Shown here: piece after piece, positions 1 to 15,273 of the stretch | How positions within the stretch are numbered: position 1 is the first letter of the stretch | Layout of the letters: each line of letters begins with the position of its first letter | Source of the DNA: Eledone cirrhosa | Lineage: Eukaryota | DNA: 64,000 bases | Direction of reading: 5' to 3' | NCBI GenBank assembly: GCA_964016885.1 | Contig: OZ024742.1 | Coordinates: 283,092,001 to 283,156,000, forward strand | Made by a program: the position numbers and the translations under genes | The notes under the pieces: model-generated | What the model was told of the DNA's origin: nothing | The model's database searches: none | What the model saw: the letters and a program-made list of their open reading frames with translations, nothing else

Positions 1-593
1 TCATCATCATCATCATCACCATCAATAACAATGATGTCCCACTGATTTCCATTGTCTTCACCTCAACCCTACCCCCAATGCCTTCCTGCAGCCAGTCATA
101 ACTAATAATACAATAATAAACATTTTTTCATTCAATTTTTTTTTTATTTATTTAACCCCACATCACCCTAACCCCTTAAACATGCTTCCCTAAATAACTT
201 AAAATTAATTTTAATGCATATTTAAGTTTGAAAAACAATTTTTTTTTTTTTTATATAAAAAAAAAATTATCAATAGCAAATGAAACAAAAGATAGATTAA
301 TTGTGCCATTATTATTATTATCACCACCATCATCATCATCATCATCACCACCACCACCACCATCATCACCACCACCATCGCCATCATCATCACCACCACC
401 ATCAACATCGCCATCATCATCATCATCACCACAACCATCATCAGCATCATTATCATCATTATCACTATCAACAAAATTATTTTCTCCATAACACTATCTC
501 TACCATCATCAACTTTACTACCACCACCATCATCATCGTCATCATAACTACAATGAAGATGATCATCATCACCACCATCACCTATAACATTTA

Positions 594-800
594 TTGGCAG
601 TATCAGTAGAGGGTCAGGCGCCATGTTTTTCAGCACAGAATTATGGCCCTTTACGTTCTGGGTTCAAATCCCGCCAAGGTTAACTTTGCCTTTCATCCTT
701 ACGGAGTCGATAAAATAAAGTACCAGTCACGCACTGGGGTCAATTTAATTGATTTCCCCCTCAGCCCAAAATCGATGGCATTGTGCCTCTATAAGAAACC
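594..800 (+). mobile_element. tRNA-headed SINE family A
   Basis: A-box-like TGGCAGTATCAGTAG, B-box-like GTTCAAATCC, body GCCTTTCATCCTTACGG..GTCGATAAAATAAAGTACCAG. Further partial copies at ~876-985(-), ~987-1105(+), ~10050-10120(-), ~13040-13200(-), ~30255-30390(-), ~44920-45056(-). Confidence 0.85.
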
Positions 801-1543
801 ATTATTATCACTATTATTATTATTTCTTTATTATTGACCACAAGAGACGTACATAGAGGATAATACAAAGACGGGAATTGTTTCTACTTTTGGCACAAGG
901 CCAGCAATTATTCCAGTGTATTACTGGTACTTTATTTTATCGACCCCATAAGGATGAAAGGCAAAGTTAACCTTGGTGGGATTTCCCTTCTGAGTTCAAA
1001 TCCCGCCAAGGTTAACTTTGCCTTATATCCTTACGGGGTCGATAAAATAAAGAACCAGTAATAGACTGGGTAATTGCTGGCCTTGTGCCTAAAGTAGAAA
1101 CAATTATTATAATTTCTTTATTATTATTGGCCACAAGAGTCATACATAGAGGATAATACAAAGAGGGGAACAGTGGGGGTTTAGAATAATATCATGTAAA
1201 ATAAAAAATATTACCATTATCATAATTCTGTTATTTTTGGTTGTATTTTTTATTGTTTATTTTTTTTTAACCTCAATTCCCCATTATATTTAAATTTTGG
1301 GCTCATACGTGGCTTTTAGCGGTTTTTAGGGGACATGAAGGATGTCTTTTGGTGACACACCATTTATTTTCAGTGGAAGTGACACACTGGGCATATGGGG
1401 ACGGCGTGGGGGTGTAAACTGGTAAAGGAACGTATAAGTTTAGGTTAAATAAATATTAATTTAATTCAAATTTAATTGGAGAAAAGCATTGAAATAATAA
1501 ATTTCACATGCAGTAGTTGATAAAAACAAAACAGATATTGTAT

Positions 1544-2075
<532 letters not shown>

Positions 2076-2200
2076 ATATATATATAATGCTAGCGTGGGA
2101 CATGGATGTTAAATGATGATAGTGATGATGATGATGATATTTGAACCATTTGTCTGACAGTATAATGACTCTGGCAATCACAATATAAAAGTATATGAAG

Positions 2201-2251
<51 letters not shown>

Positions 2252-2333
2252 TCTGTTAAGTGTGAAACTAATGTAACTTTATGTTAATGCATTCTCTTGT
2301 TTGTTCGTTTCTTGTTTGCTTGATATATATATA

Positions 2334-2400
<67 letters not shown>

Positions 2401-2939
2401 CATTGCCTACCTTTAGATTCAGAAGGGATCTGTTTGAATAATTTTTATACAGATTGAAGCAGTATCCATTAAAAGTCTGTTACCAGAAAAACTTGTATCA
2501 ATGCTTTATGTGTATTAGTTGGATAAATAAACCAACAATGGAATAATATCTTTGATTATTTCCTTCAGATCTTTACAAAGGAGATACATAGAATTGTGTT
2601 TAGAAATCTTATGTGTATGTGTATGCATGTCTGGAAGGATGTGTGTCTGTGAATGTGTTTATATCTATATATGAATGAATGTTTATATTAATCTCTATGA
2701 CTGTCTGTTTGTATGTATGTGTATATATATATATGTATCATCATCATCATCATCATCATCATTTTAACATCCACTTTCCCTGCTAGCATATATATATATA
2801 TATAGTCCTGTATGAGCGAGACATGGTCTCCTGACCAACCTTGCCTCAAGTGGGACAACTCCCGTCTAACCCATGCTAGCGTGGAAGATGGACATTAAAC
2901 GAAGATGATGGTGATGATGATGATGATGATATATACATA

Positions 2940-3016
2940 CAGGGTGCTCCAAAAAATGTATACATACTTCAACAGCATCGTAATAAATATGTGTATACAT
3001 TTTTGGGGGACACCTC
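2940..3016. mobile_element. Tc1/mariner-type MITE
   Basis: TA-flanked TIRs CAGGGTGCTCCAAAAAATGTATACA / TGTATACATTTTTGGGGGACACC; two more copies in window. Confidence 0.75.
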
Positions 3017-3045
3017 TATATGTATATATATCCCCCTATCCAAAC

Positions 3046-3081
3046 TTTCCTGATAAAGGACTTATCCCCGAAACGTTGAAA
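3046..3081 (+). ncRNA. Degenerate minimal type I hammerhead motif
   Basis: TTTC-CTGATAA-(GGA ctta TCC)-GAAA-CG-TT-GAAA; core has G8A so is probably inactive; downstream tail resembles that after the 46495 motif. Confidence 0.5.
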
Positions 3082-3156
3082 CCTCCTCCACTTCCACCAA
3101 GCGTCAACCTAATATAACTGTGTACAATTGGCTCCTGTGTTTTGTTTGTTCATTTT

Positions 3157-3218
<62 letters not shown>

Positions 3219-3219
<1 letters not shown>

Positions 3220-3506
3220 CCTCAGAGCTGTACGGGAGCCTCCCAAAAGTCAGCTCAAAAGTGACACAGAGGAGACTGAGGTTAGCTGGACATGCTCACC
3301 AACATCCACAGTTAACATTGCACTCAGTGCTCCTGTGGGAGCCCCTACATGGACACACTGGAAGAGGAAGACCAAGGTTAACGTATGTTGATGCCCTAAG
3401 GACAGACACTGGTCTGTTGGAGACGCAGGACATGGCAGCGATAATGAGGGACAGAGACCGCTGGAGAGAACTCGTCCATGGATCTCGGGAGTTTTACCCG
3501 CCCTAG
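3219..3506 (+). mobile_element. 5'-truncated RTE-clade LINE, ORF C-terminus
   Basis: RRLRLAGH...LWEP.HG..GRGRPRLTYVD.L..D...RDRDRW; flanked by (TA)n on both sides. Confidence 0.85.
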
Positions 3507-3559
3507 ATATATATGGCCTTCTAACTCCAAACGTATATATATATATATTTATATATATA

Positions 3560-3633
3560 TATTTGATCTGATGAACAGGCTGGACGTTTCTGTAAGGATC
3601 GTCTAGTTTCTTGAAACCTTTGGTAATGGAATA
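3560..3633 (+). ncRNA. Type I hammerhead ribozyme motif
   Basis: Stem I TATTTGAT/ATGGAATA (one mismatch), CTGATGA 3568-3574, stem II GGCTGGACG/CGTCTAGTT, GAAA 3613-3616, stem III CC-TTT-GG, cleavage triplet GTA 3623-3625. Confidence 0.75.
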
Positions 3634-3694
3634 ATTATATTGTGTTGGTGTATGTATATATATATATATGTATATATCATCATCATTCATCATC

Positions 3695-4022
3695 ATTTCA
3701 TTTTACGTCTGCTTTTCCCTGCTTGCAAGGGTGGGACGAGAACTGATTCTGGCTTGATTTCTACAGCTGGATGCCCTTCCTAACACCAACCTCATTTACA
3801 GTGAGTGCTGGGTGCTTTTTTGCCGTGGCACCTCCACGACCACTTTGCAGTGGAATGATATGGACCCCAGTCCTTATCATCTCATTTCTACAGCTGAGTA
3901 AACTGGAGCAATGTGAAATAAAGTGTCTTGCTCAAGGAAACAACACATCACCCAGTCTGAGAATTGAACTCACAACCTTTCGATCGCAAGGCCAATGCTC
4001 TAACCACTAAGCCATGTGCCTC
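3695..4022 (-). mobile_element. SINE family B copy with chimeric RTE tail
   Basis: Reverse-complement match to 1683-2075; terminal ~40 bp instead match the end of the RTE at 63415-63450. Confidence 0.88.
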
Positions 4023-4117
4023 ATGTATGTATATATATGTATGTATATATATGTATATATATATATGTGTGTGTGTATGTATATGTGTGTGTGTATGTAT
4101 ATATGTGTGTGTATGTA

Positions 4118-4168
<51 letters not shown>

Positions 4169-4197
4169 TCCTTCCATATACTGTACCGATTGTGTTC

Positions 4198-4930
4198 AGG
4201 ACCTGCGCAGACTGGAAAGGAACGAAGCATGCATGCTCCATTAGATGTGTAATAGAAATATACGTGAGCGGCAAAGCATAAATGAACTAAGTGAGAAATT
4301 AGGAATAAGAGGGATCAGATGCTGTTTACTTGAGAGAAGACTACGTTGGTATGGTCACGTGATGCGCATGAAAGACGACAGCTGTATAAAAAAGTGCAGG
4401 GTGATCAAAATTGATGGAAGTTACAGAGTAGGTAGACCCAGAAAAACCTGGGACGATTTGATAAATTCCGACCTTACACACTTGCACCTCTCTAAGACAA
4501 TGTCACTGGACCGAGATCTTTGGCGCTATGCAGTAATACAGAAGACCTGCCTTACCTATGTACAAAGCGAAACCTGCATCCACTACCCCCACTCCATCCT
4601 CCCACTCCCACTAACCTCTCTCTGTAAAGTTGGTACCCCAACATCCAGTCCAAATAAATGAGATAATGAGATCGAGTTCGTGTAGGTGTCACAATAAAAA
4701 AACACACAGTCCACGCTGTAATGTGGCCGTGTAGGTAACACGGTAAAAAGTTCCTAGTCCACACTGTAAATGTGGTTGGTGTTAGGAAGGGCATCCAGCC
4801 GTAGAAAACCTGCCAGATAGTCCTATATGAGCGAGACATGGTCACCCGACCAACCTTGCCTCAAGTGGGACAACTCTAGTCTAACCCATGCTAGCATGGA
4901 AGATTGACGTTAAACAAAGATGCTGATGAT
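4198..4930 (+). mobile_element. 5'-truncated RTE LINE (ORF end plus 3'UTR)
   Basis: DLRRLERNEACML*...[12 protein letters not shown]...GRPRKTWDD; 3'UTR with GTTAGGAAGGGCATCCAGCCGTAGAAA and (GAT)n tail. Confidence 0.92.
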
Positions 4931-5251
4931 ATGAGGTGGTTGACTTGGCAGAGTGGTTAATGTATAGGGTATTTGTTCCAGTTCTTTGTGTTCTAAATTC
5001 AAACCATACCATGGTCCACATTGTCATTCATCTTTTATCAGTCAATATAGAAAACACCAGTCTAGTTCTGGTGCAGCCCTCTCTCTTTCCAGCTACCATA
5101 TGTTGGATGTTCCACTGGATTAAGGGTGGGTGTATCAAGAGTGTGTCAATGTATGTATGGACACCTATAACCCTTAGTGAAAGCATGATACATATTACCA
5201 AGTCATACTCAATTGTGAGTGATGACTATTAGTTTATATATATATTGCGTG

Positions 5252-5284
<33 letters not shown>

Positions 5285-5345
5285 GTATATATATATATTT
5301 ATATATATATGTATATATATGTATATATATATATATCTATATATC

Positions 5346-5407
<62 letters not shown>

Positions 5408-6294
5408 GTTTCCTATTGGTATTTATGTCTGGGTCTGGGTGTCTTTGTGTGTGTTTGTCCATGCATATATATCTCTCCTTCTGTATGTGTGTATGTATGT
5501 ATGTATGTATGTATGTATGTATAGGTATGTGTGTATATGTATATACATATATACATATATGTGTGTGTGTGTGTGTAGTTTCTCTCTTTTATTGCTGTTA
5601 TTACAGTTATTGTTATTACTATTGCTATATTCATTGCTGTCTTTATTATCACAAAGAACATCATGGTTCCTTCTCCCCTTCCTTACACCCTCCCTCCCCT
5701 TTCTCTTCACCTTACCTTCTCTCTTTCTCCTCACTTTCATTCCTTCACACACACACACACACACACACACTCACATACACACACACATACACACACTCAC
5801 ACACACACTCGCACACATACACACACACTCATATACACACACAGCCTTTCACTGTGTATATCTCGCTTCCTCTCTCTCCATCCTCTCTGTCTCTCTCCCC
5901 ATCCCCTCTCTCTCTCCCCATCCTCTCTCTCTTTCCCCCTCCTCTCTCTCACTTCTTTCTCTCTCACTCTCACTCTCTCTCAGCCTTTCACTGTGCATCT
6001 CCCCACCTCTCTCTCCTCCCACCACCACTACAAACAATACACCTACTTTCTCTCTATCTGCTACCTCCACCACTACTGCTACTATCACCACTTCTTCCTC
6101 TTTAGTTCCTTTATATATAATCTTACAGACTTTACCCAGTTTCTGTCCCATCATCATTCTTGTCATTAATGAATCCACTCCTCACTACACTTATTTATAT
6201 ATTTATATATTTAGCTTCAATTCCTATTTGAATATATTTCTATTCCTGCAAAGATCTGTGTCTATCTACCAACCTAACTACCTCTCTACCTATC

Positions 6295-6495
<201 letters not shown>

Positions 6496-6539
6496 AAATA
6501 TATATATTTATTTATCTATTTATATATCTATCATTTATA

Positions 6540-6970
6540 CGGGGTATTAAACAACCCATTTGTGGGGCCTCCCCCCTATTGGGGATTTCGATTGTTATAA
6601 TTGTTTGTTTTATATTTTTTTTAACACGACTGTATGTAAAATCCCAGGCATGTGTCTTTGTATTGTCCCCTTTTCTTGTGCGCCCTTGTGGCAAATAAAG
6701 AAATATATCTATTTATCCTAAAGACCAAGGGAGCACCCCTTCTCTGTGCTCCTGAGGAGAAGGGTTGCACACTTTTTTCGGGGCGGTGTGCGACCCCCCA
6801 AGGCGCCTCCTCTCTATTGAGGACTTTGTTATAAATTTTATTTTGTTATATTTTATTTTATTTTTATATATTGTTATTGCCTCCTCCTTATTGAGGACGC
6901 CTTGTTTTGTAAACTCCCCCCATTGTACTTGTCCCACTTTTGATGCCCTGGTGGCAAATAAAAGAAACAT
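6540..6970 (+). mobile_element. Two tandem non-LTR retroelement 3' ends inside a (TATC)n tract
   Basis: Both end TTGTCCC...GCCCT.GTGGCAAATAAA(A)GAAA followed by ATCT repeats; the same terminus recurs on - at ~823-875 and ~1112-1200. Clade not determinable (possibly L1/Tx1-like). Confidence 0.5.
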
Positions 6971-7578
6971 ATCTATTTACCTATCTACCTATCTCTCTTG
7001 CTATCTATCTATCTATCTATCTACCTACCTATCTAACTCTCTATATCTATCTATCTACATACCTACCCACATACCTACCTATCTTACCTATATGATTTTT
7101 CAGTACATATGTCTGGTCTGCTATCTGTATATTATCTCTAATTATCTAAATGTCAGCCTACCTACCAATATATATATATATATATATATGTACACACACA
7201 CACACATATATATATATACACATACACACACACACGCGCAAACTCACACACACCACATATATACACACACACACGCGCAAACTCACACACACCACATATA
7301 TACACACACACACACATGCACATACACGTGTCTGTAACTACATCTACATACCTACTAAAAGTACCTATATTTGCAGTACACAGTCAACATACCTTAAAGG
7401 TTTTCAAAGCTACAAACACACAATCAGTATTTCTGTCATTTAAACATAGAAATTTTTTTTTTATTTTTTTTATTCCACTTCAAGGGTCTTCTTCCCTCTA
7501 TTATTACTCATTTTGTTACCTGAAATTGCCTGAAACTGCCTGTCATTCTATGATACATAACTGTTTATTTTAACTTAA

Positions 7579-7955
7579 CACTTTAGCATTTATTTTACCC
7601 TGTATTTACTATTGTATTTTCACAGTAAACACTTTATTTCACATAATTATTTCATGTAATATCCAATCTACGAGATTTTGATATTATTTATTTTGAGAAC
7701 ACTACCTTAACATAAGTATGAGCAGCCAGTTATGGCCGGTTTGAACAGAAAGAGGTGAGAGCATTTTGGCTGGATATGGCCGGTTTAAATGCTATCATAA
7801 TGTTATGTAAGAATCTTTGATAAGTTGTGTTCCAAACATCAGTCTAATAATAAGAAAGTTATATTATTAAATTCCCCCAAATTCATAATTATTTTCAAAA
7901 TTAATTTAAAGCTATTAGTAATGGCTTTTATTAGGAATACAGTAATGAAAGGCTT
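7579..7955. mobile_element. piggyBac-type non-autonomous element, longer decayed form
   Basis: Begins TTAA-CACTTTAGCATTTA; shares MITE body with 12634 and 39054 and a further ~150 bp with the copy at ~23222-23675. Confidence 0.6.
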
Positions 7956-8204
7956 AAGACAGATCTTTCTCATTTGTAAACTGTAATCAGCTTTTGCTGT
8001 ATTTGCATAATCAAGTCAGATCTTGAGCTCATATCTGATCATACATATATGGTGTCTGCCATTAGAATAGTGACTGTCTGACAATATCTGCATTGGATGT
8101 CTCAGACCACTGTGCATGGGGAGTGGCAGTTTGTGATATACTAGAAGCACAGGGGTAATTGCTGGCCTTGTGCCAAAAGCAGAAACAATTATTATGTTCT
8201 GTGT

Positions 8205-8420
8205 TAGAGTGGTGGATTAGCAGTATCGGTAGAGCGTCAGACACTATGCTTCGTGGCATAGAGTTACGTCCCTTTGCATTCTGAGTTCAAATTCTGTCAA
8301 GATTAGCATTGCCTTTGAGCCTTGCTGAGTAATAAAATAAAGCATCAGAAATGCCCCAGGGTCGATTTAATCAACTTTCCCCTCCTCAAAAATTGTTGGA
8401 CTTGTGCCTAAATCAGAAAC
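8205..8420 (+). mobile_element. SINE family A
   Basis: Full-length match to 594-800. Confidence 0.85.
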
Positions 8421-8765
8421 CATTATTATTATGTTCTGTGTTCAAATCCTGCAGATTGGTGGTGGTGGTGGTGGTGGAATGGAGGGGGGTGCTTAACATT
8501 CATTGGGTAAGAAATTAGCTCTGCCTTATATGTATATATGTAATGCGATGTGTATATTCTTTTGGGGCTGTGTGTGTCTTTGTTGTCAAGCAACCAAGCA
8601 AAACTACAACAAGCTATTTATTATATATGTGAGTAAGGATTAAACACACACTGCCTCCATATGTGTGTATTTGTGTATCTATCTATCTATACAGATAGAT
8701 AGATATCATCCCATTTCAATATATATATATATGTGTGTGTGTTTGTTTATGCATGCATGTATATG

Positions 8766-8808
<43 letters not shown>

Positions 8809-8883
8809 CTGTATTGTCCCACTCCATTTAAAAAAAGATATGTTCTCCCCTTGTGACCCTCTCTCTCTGTATAATATTATATA

Positions 8884-8924
<41 letters not shown>

Positions 8925-9038
8925 CAAATAACTAGTAATAACGATAAAGTGAAATGGTTAAAATCATATGGTGTGTAAGTATTTCTTTTTATTGGCAACA
9001 CTGGCAACATGTCCATCCCCAAATATATATATATGTAG

Positions 9039-9569
9039 TGTTATGCTTTGGGAGGGTCATGTTGCCAATAAGAAACACACGCACTAGATGCATTCACTCC
9101 AATTTATTATAAATTAAATTTATAAATTTATAAATTTTCGGTTTGAATGGGAATGGAATAGCAACATCACAACTTACAATTAAGGACAAAATGAAAACAC
9201 ACACACACACACATAGAACAAACAAGCAACCAGTAACATGTAAATAAACAAATAAAAACACACACAGACACCCGGATGTAACACATGCGCAAACTAAGCA
9301 CACAACACACACAAAAACAAGATGGCGTAGGACAGAACAAAGGAGAGGCACAAAAACAAAGAAAAGAATACCCAGTCACTGAAGAGGTCACATAATGTGT
9401 GACGAAAGAACTTTGACAATATATGAACAACCGTCCGGTTGTGGAACCAACCAACCAACCGGAAATTTATAAATTCTTAAATTTATATATTTAATTTATA
9501 ATAAATTGGAGTGAAAGCAACTGGTGCATGTGTTTCTTATTGGCAACATGACCCTCCCAAAGTATAACA
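9039..9569. mobile_element. Non-autonomous element with ~100-bp terminal inverted repeats, TGT...ACA ends
   Basis: TGTTATGCTTTGGGAGGGTCATGTTGCCAATAAGAAACAC... is inverted at ...GTGTTTCTTATTGGCAACATGACCCTCCCAAAGTATAACA; no internal ORF. Confidence 0.75.
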
Positions 9570-9814
9570 ATATCGGTTTCAACACACGTTTTCAGATAAA
9601 GAATCTTGCTAAACAAATTCAGAAACGAAATATATATATATATATACATATATATATACATATATTTATATATACATATATATATAATATATATATATAT
9701 ATAATATATATATATAATATATATATATATATAATATATATATATAATATATATATATATATAATATATATATATATAATATACATATATATATAATATA
9801 CATATATATATATA

Positions 9815-9860
<46 letters not shown>

Positions 9861-10122
9861 TATATAATATACATATATATATATATTATACATATATATA
9901 TATAAATAAATACATTATCGGAGAAAGCTTTTAGCGATACTCCGGCCAAATCCCAACTCACTCAACAAACATTAGGAAATAAGTGAGTATATTCCCAATT
10001 AAACGTTTGGGGTGCTAACTAATTGTATTGTGTAATATATATATAATATACATTTGAACTCAGTCCGTAAAGGGACGTAACTCTATGCTGGAAAGCATGC
10101 GTCCGACCCTCTACCGATACTG

Positions 10123-10155
<33 letters not shown>

Positions 10156-10169
10156 TATATAATATATAT

Positions 10170-10360
<191 letters not shown>

Positions 10361-10405
10361 GTATATATATATATATACATATATATATTATATATATGTA
10401 TATAT

Positions 10406-10551
<146 letters not shown>

Positions 10552-10841
10552 ATATATTATATATATGTATATATATATATACATATATATAATATATATA
10601 ATATATATAGAGATATATAATATATATAATATATATAGAGATATATAATATATATTATATATATGTATATATATATATATATAGATATATAATATATATT
10701 ATATATATGTATATATATATATATACATATATATAATATATATAATATATATATATATATATATTATATATATGTATATATATATACATATATATAATAT
10801 ATATATATATATAATATACAATATATATATATATTCATACA

Positions 10842-10876
<35 letters not shown>

Positions 10877-11624
10877 CAACTCTAGAAAACCAACAGACCA
10901 CTACTGATAGGAATCAACCAGTATGTTTCCACCTGAGTGCATTCATTTTGATGCTTCTTTAGTCACCTTAGTCACGCTGGTACCAATGGTACTGTTAACT
11001 AGTAGACTGGTAACTGGTATTAGTGTTGGTGTTTACTGGCTACAACTGGTCCTGGTTGTCGCCTTAGATTCTCATGTGTCTGCATTGTGATTCAGTCTGT
11101 GGTGATGATGGCTAAGCAATGGGGTGATTTATTCATGTGAGACCACTGAAGCATTCAGAGGTATACCTTAATGGAGGTGGTGGTAGTGGAAGTTGTGGCT
11201 GTAGTAGCTGTGGTGGCAGTAGTAGTAGTATTGGTGGTGGTAGTACTATTATTAGTAGTAGTAGCATGTCATATAATAATAACCTTTTCCGATTCAGTGA
11301 CATGAATTATTAACAAACAGTGCCACAGAACTTTGTGTATGAATAATCTCATTGGTTGGTCTCCAATGAATGCCTGACTTTCATTGGTTAGATTCTCCTG
11401 ATCAGTCAGGTAGGATATATATGGCTGTGCCTGCTTGAGTGACCCCTAATTGCTTTTTTGTCTGATTTTACAGGTAATCGGATCCTATTTTTCCTTTTTT
11501 GTTATATGTTCTTTGTGGAAAAAGCCCTTCAATCCCCCTGCCACTGCCTTCTAGAAATATCAGCAAAATCTTCCTTAAATCAGACATTACTATTTTAAAA
11601 AAGGATCATATTGGTAGCGCGTAG

Positions 11625-11925
11625 CTTGTAGATCAGAGAGTCACTCCAAGTAGAGCCACCACTTTTCTGAATTGAGAGATCACATCTCAAATACTATGGG
11701 CATGTGGGTAGAATGACTCAGGAAAGAATCGCTGAACAGATTTTACGGGTTAAACCAACTGGTAAAAGAACCAGTTGTAGACTCCGAGCAAGATGGTTGG
11801 ATAACATTCATGAGCTTGGCTGTTCTCACTTGGGGATCCAGCCGGATCAGTTGGAGATGTTTGAGGAATGTGCCCCCATGACCCTCTCAGGAATAAGTGG
11901 GAGAAGAAGAAGAAGAAGAAGAAGA
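11625..11925 (+). mobile_element. Decayed RTE-clade LINE 3' end
   Basis: YYGHVGRMTQERIAEQIL..KPTGKR...RARWLD; (GAA)n tail; second copy at 43340-43620. Confidence 0.75.
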
Positions 11926-12633
11926 AGACATTGGATAATGTATACTTGGATCTCCTGCACATATATTGGGTAAACATGACTGAAATGTTTTTAATCAAAA
12001 GTCTGCTTAGTCAGAGCTAACCTGGGGCTAACCAACAACAGAACTAAGTCAATGATAGAGCCTTTACACATTCATTTCAAAAGCAGTCTGTTTTGTTGTT
12101 TGAACAACTGGAACAATTGTCAGAACCAACAGAGGTTCAACATACTCATGTATATATTTATGAATCTATCTATCTATCTTTAGGATATTTGAGAACATAT
12201 TTAATTATTTAATAAAACATTATATCTGACCAAAATCCAAATGTATTTTTAAGAAAATTTGTATAAATGTTCTTAAGTAGCTTTCTTAGATTTATTTTAC
12301 ATAACTACCATCAGCATCAAGTGTTTATATGTGTAAATCAAATGGTCCTTATTCATTTCACACATTATCTGGAAAATGGCACCCTTCAGTGAATCTTTGG
12401 TATTGTGAGGATGTTTATTAGTTTCCCTTTCAATAAGGTGCCTCATGAGAAAAGTAGTCTAAAGGGGAAGAGATTTAAATTTGACAAGCTTGGAGGCTAC
12501 ATTTTGAATGTCACAAGATCATGAAGATTGTTTGCCATGTATTCTTCAGTCACTTGAACTTTGTAAGAAGGTACTGAACACTGTTGAAACACATATGGCC
12601 TTCCATTACTTATGTCTTTTAGCCAAAGTTTAA

Positions 12634-12851
12634 CCCTTTAGCATTTAAACCAGCCATGTCCAGCCAGAATTCTCTCACCTCTTTCTGTTCAAACCAGCTG
12701 TAACTGACTGCTCATACAGATATTAAGGTATTATTCTCAAAATAAATATCAAAATCTCATAGATTCCATATTATGTGAGATAATTATATGAGGTAAAGTC
12801 TTTACCATGAAAATACAATAGTAATAATAGAGTAATGTAAATGCTAAAGGT
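12634..12851. mobile_element. piggyBac-type MITE
   Basis: TTAA-CCCTTTAGCATTTA ... TAAATGCTAAAGGT-TTAA. Confidence 0.8.
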
Positions 12852-13545
12852 TTAAACAACAGCTTCAAACAAATCAATGTAACAAGCATCAATTAAGTCT
12901 AAGACTGTGGAAAGAAGTAGGGTAGCATAACATGTTCTTTGATGCTCATTACTCCTAAAACCATAGAAACTTGATGTGCTTAGCCTTGAATTCATGAAGT
13001 ATAGAGCCAGATAAGATGCTACAAAAAACATTCTGTCAATTTTGTCAACCCAACGACCTTCCTGGATTGGTACTTTATTTATCAACCTAAGAAGGATGAA
13101 AGACAAAGTAGATATTGACAAGATTTGATCTCACAGCTGTGAGAGTTGGAAACAAATATATACAAAGACATTTATTTAATCCAGCAGTCTACCAATTTAT
13201 TGCCAGTTTGTATTCATAGCAGACTAGAATAGTTATCTTCTATTCAGTTTTTTACAATTATTTTGTTTCTTTGATTGGTTTATTGTTCATTTGGAAATAA
13301 ATATTTTTAGAGATCAATGTATTTATTGATTGATTGTGGGTGTATTTGTAGATGCTGGTTGATTGGTTTGGTTTGCTGGTTGGCAGGGTTGTTGGTAGGT
13401 GATCTGGCTGGTAGGATGGTTGGTTGGATGGTTGGCTGGTTGGTTGGTTGCTTGCTTGCTTGGTTGATTGGTTGCTGGGATGGATGGTTTGCTGGTTAGT
13501 TTGTTAACAGGTTGGTTGGCTCTCTGATTGATGGATTCTGCCATC

Positions 13546-13577
<32 letters not shown>

Positions 13578-14056
13578 GGTGGTGGTGGTGGTGGTTTCTC
13601 CTCCTCCTCATGACTTATCCTTAGTGTAATTTTTTTTTTCTTTTTAACTATGTGCTACCTTAGAAAAATATTCCCCACCCCACGCCCACCCCACCCTCCA
13701 CAGTGCTTTTCCTGCCACCTGAGGGAAATTTATGAGGGACCCTTCAGAAACTGGAAAGTTGTAAATCTTGGGTCTCTCACAGACCTGACATTCACTTGTT
13801 TCTCATTGTCAGGGGGTGAACTCCCTGCCAAAACTTGTGTGTGTGTGTGTGTCCTCCTCATATATCTAGGATTTTTGTGGGGTTTTGTTTTAGAAGGAGG
13901 GGGAGGCTATTGAAATAATAACACCTACCTACAAACACATACAAGCTTACACAATAGCTTTCTGCATCCTTTCCTAGTTGTCTTTTCAATACATACACAT
14001 ATATATATATACACTCAAAGCTAGCCTCTTCTTTCTTGTTTGTCTCTCTCTCTCTT

Positions 14057-14102
<46 letters not shown>

Positions 14103-14103
14103 C

Positions 14104-14137
<34 letters not shown>

Positions 14138-14140
14138 GTG

Positions 14141-14249
<109 letters not shown>

Positions 14250-14504
14250 GCGTATATATATATATATATGTGTGTGTGTATATATATATATATATGTATA
14301 TATATACATGTGTATATATGTATATATTTCAGTGTATATATATGTATATGTGTGTATATATATGTATATGTGTGTATATATATATATATATGTATATATA
14401 TACATGTGTATATATGTATATATTTCAGTGTATATATATGTATATGTGTGTATATATATGTATATGTGTGTATATATATATATATATGTATATGTATATG
14501 TGTG

Positions 14505-14535
<31 letters not shown>

Positions 14536-15232
14536 GTGTATATATATGTATATATATATATATATATGTGTATATATATATATATATGTATATGTGTGTA
14601 TATATATATATATATGTATATGTGTGTATATATATATATGTATATATATATATGTGTGTATATATATATATGTATGTATATATATATGTGTATATATGTA
14701 TATATATATATACACACACACACACACAGACACAGACACACTAGCCTCTTCTTTCTTGTTTTTCTTTCTCACTCTCTCTCTCTCTCTTTATATATATATA
14801 TATATATCTTTGTATGTTTGTACATGTCTCTCTTTCTCTATCTCTCACACACACACACCCTCTCTCCTTCTGTATCTCTCTTTCTCTTTCTATCTCTCTC
14901 TGTCTGGTCCCAGATACCACAAACAGACATGCCTCTTGTCAGATTCAAACATTTTCCAGACCACCAAATTCTTGCTCTTATATCTCTCATTACTAGACAT
15001 GCTTACATGACTTTATTGTTGATGTTGTTGGTGATGATGGTGTTGGTGCTGGCGGCGATGATGATGATGGTGTTGTTGTAATTGTTGTTGTGGTGGTGGT
15101 GGTGGTGTTGCCCATCTTGACCTATTCCTCTTCATCTTGTTGCTAACCTACCAAACAATTATATATATATATATAGACATACATGCATATATACACACAT
15201 GCATATATATATATATGTGGGTGTGTGTGTGC

Positions 15233-15273
<41 letters not shown>

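Noticed and set aside
2264-2280. GAAA-C-TAAT-G-TA possible hammerhead 3' half
   Set aside because: No upstream core or stem II; too short to distinguish from chance.
9570-9600. Minus-strand CTGAAAA...GAAACCGATA hammerhead-like motif
   Set aside because: Core and stem III mutated and 3' stem I absent; at most a relic.
13700-13835. Enhancer-like island (E-box, TTTATGA, CCTGACA/TGTCAGG hairpin)
   Set aside because: Short motifs expected by chance; conservation cannot be assessed here.
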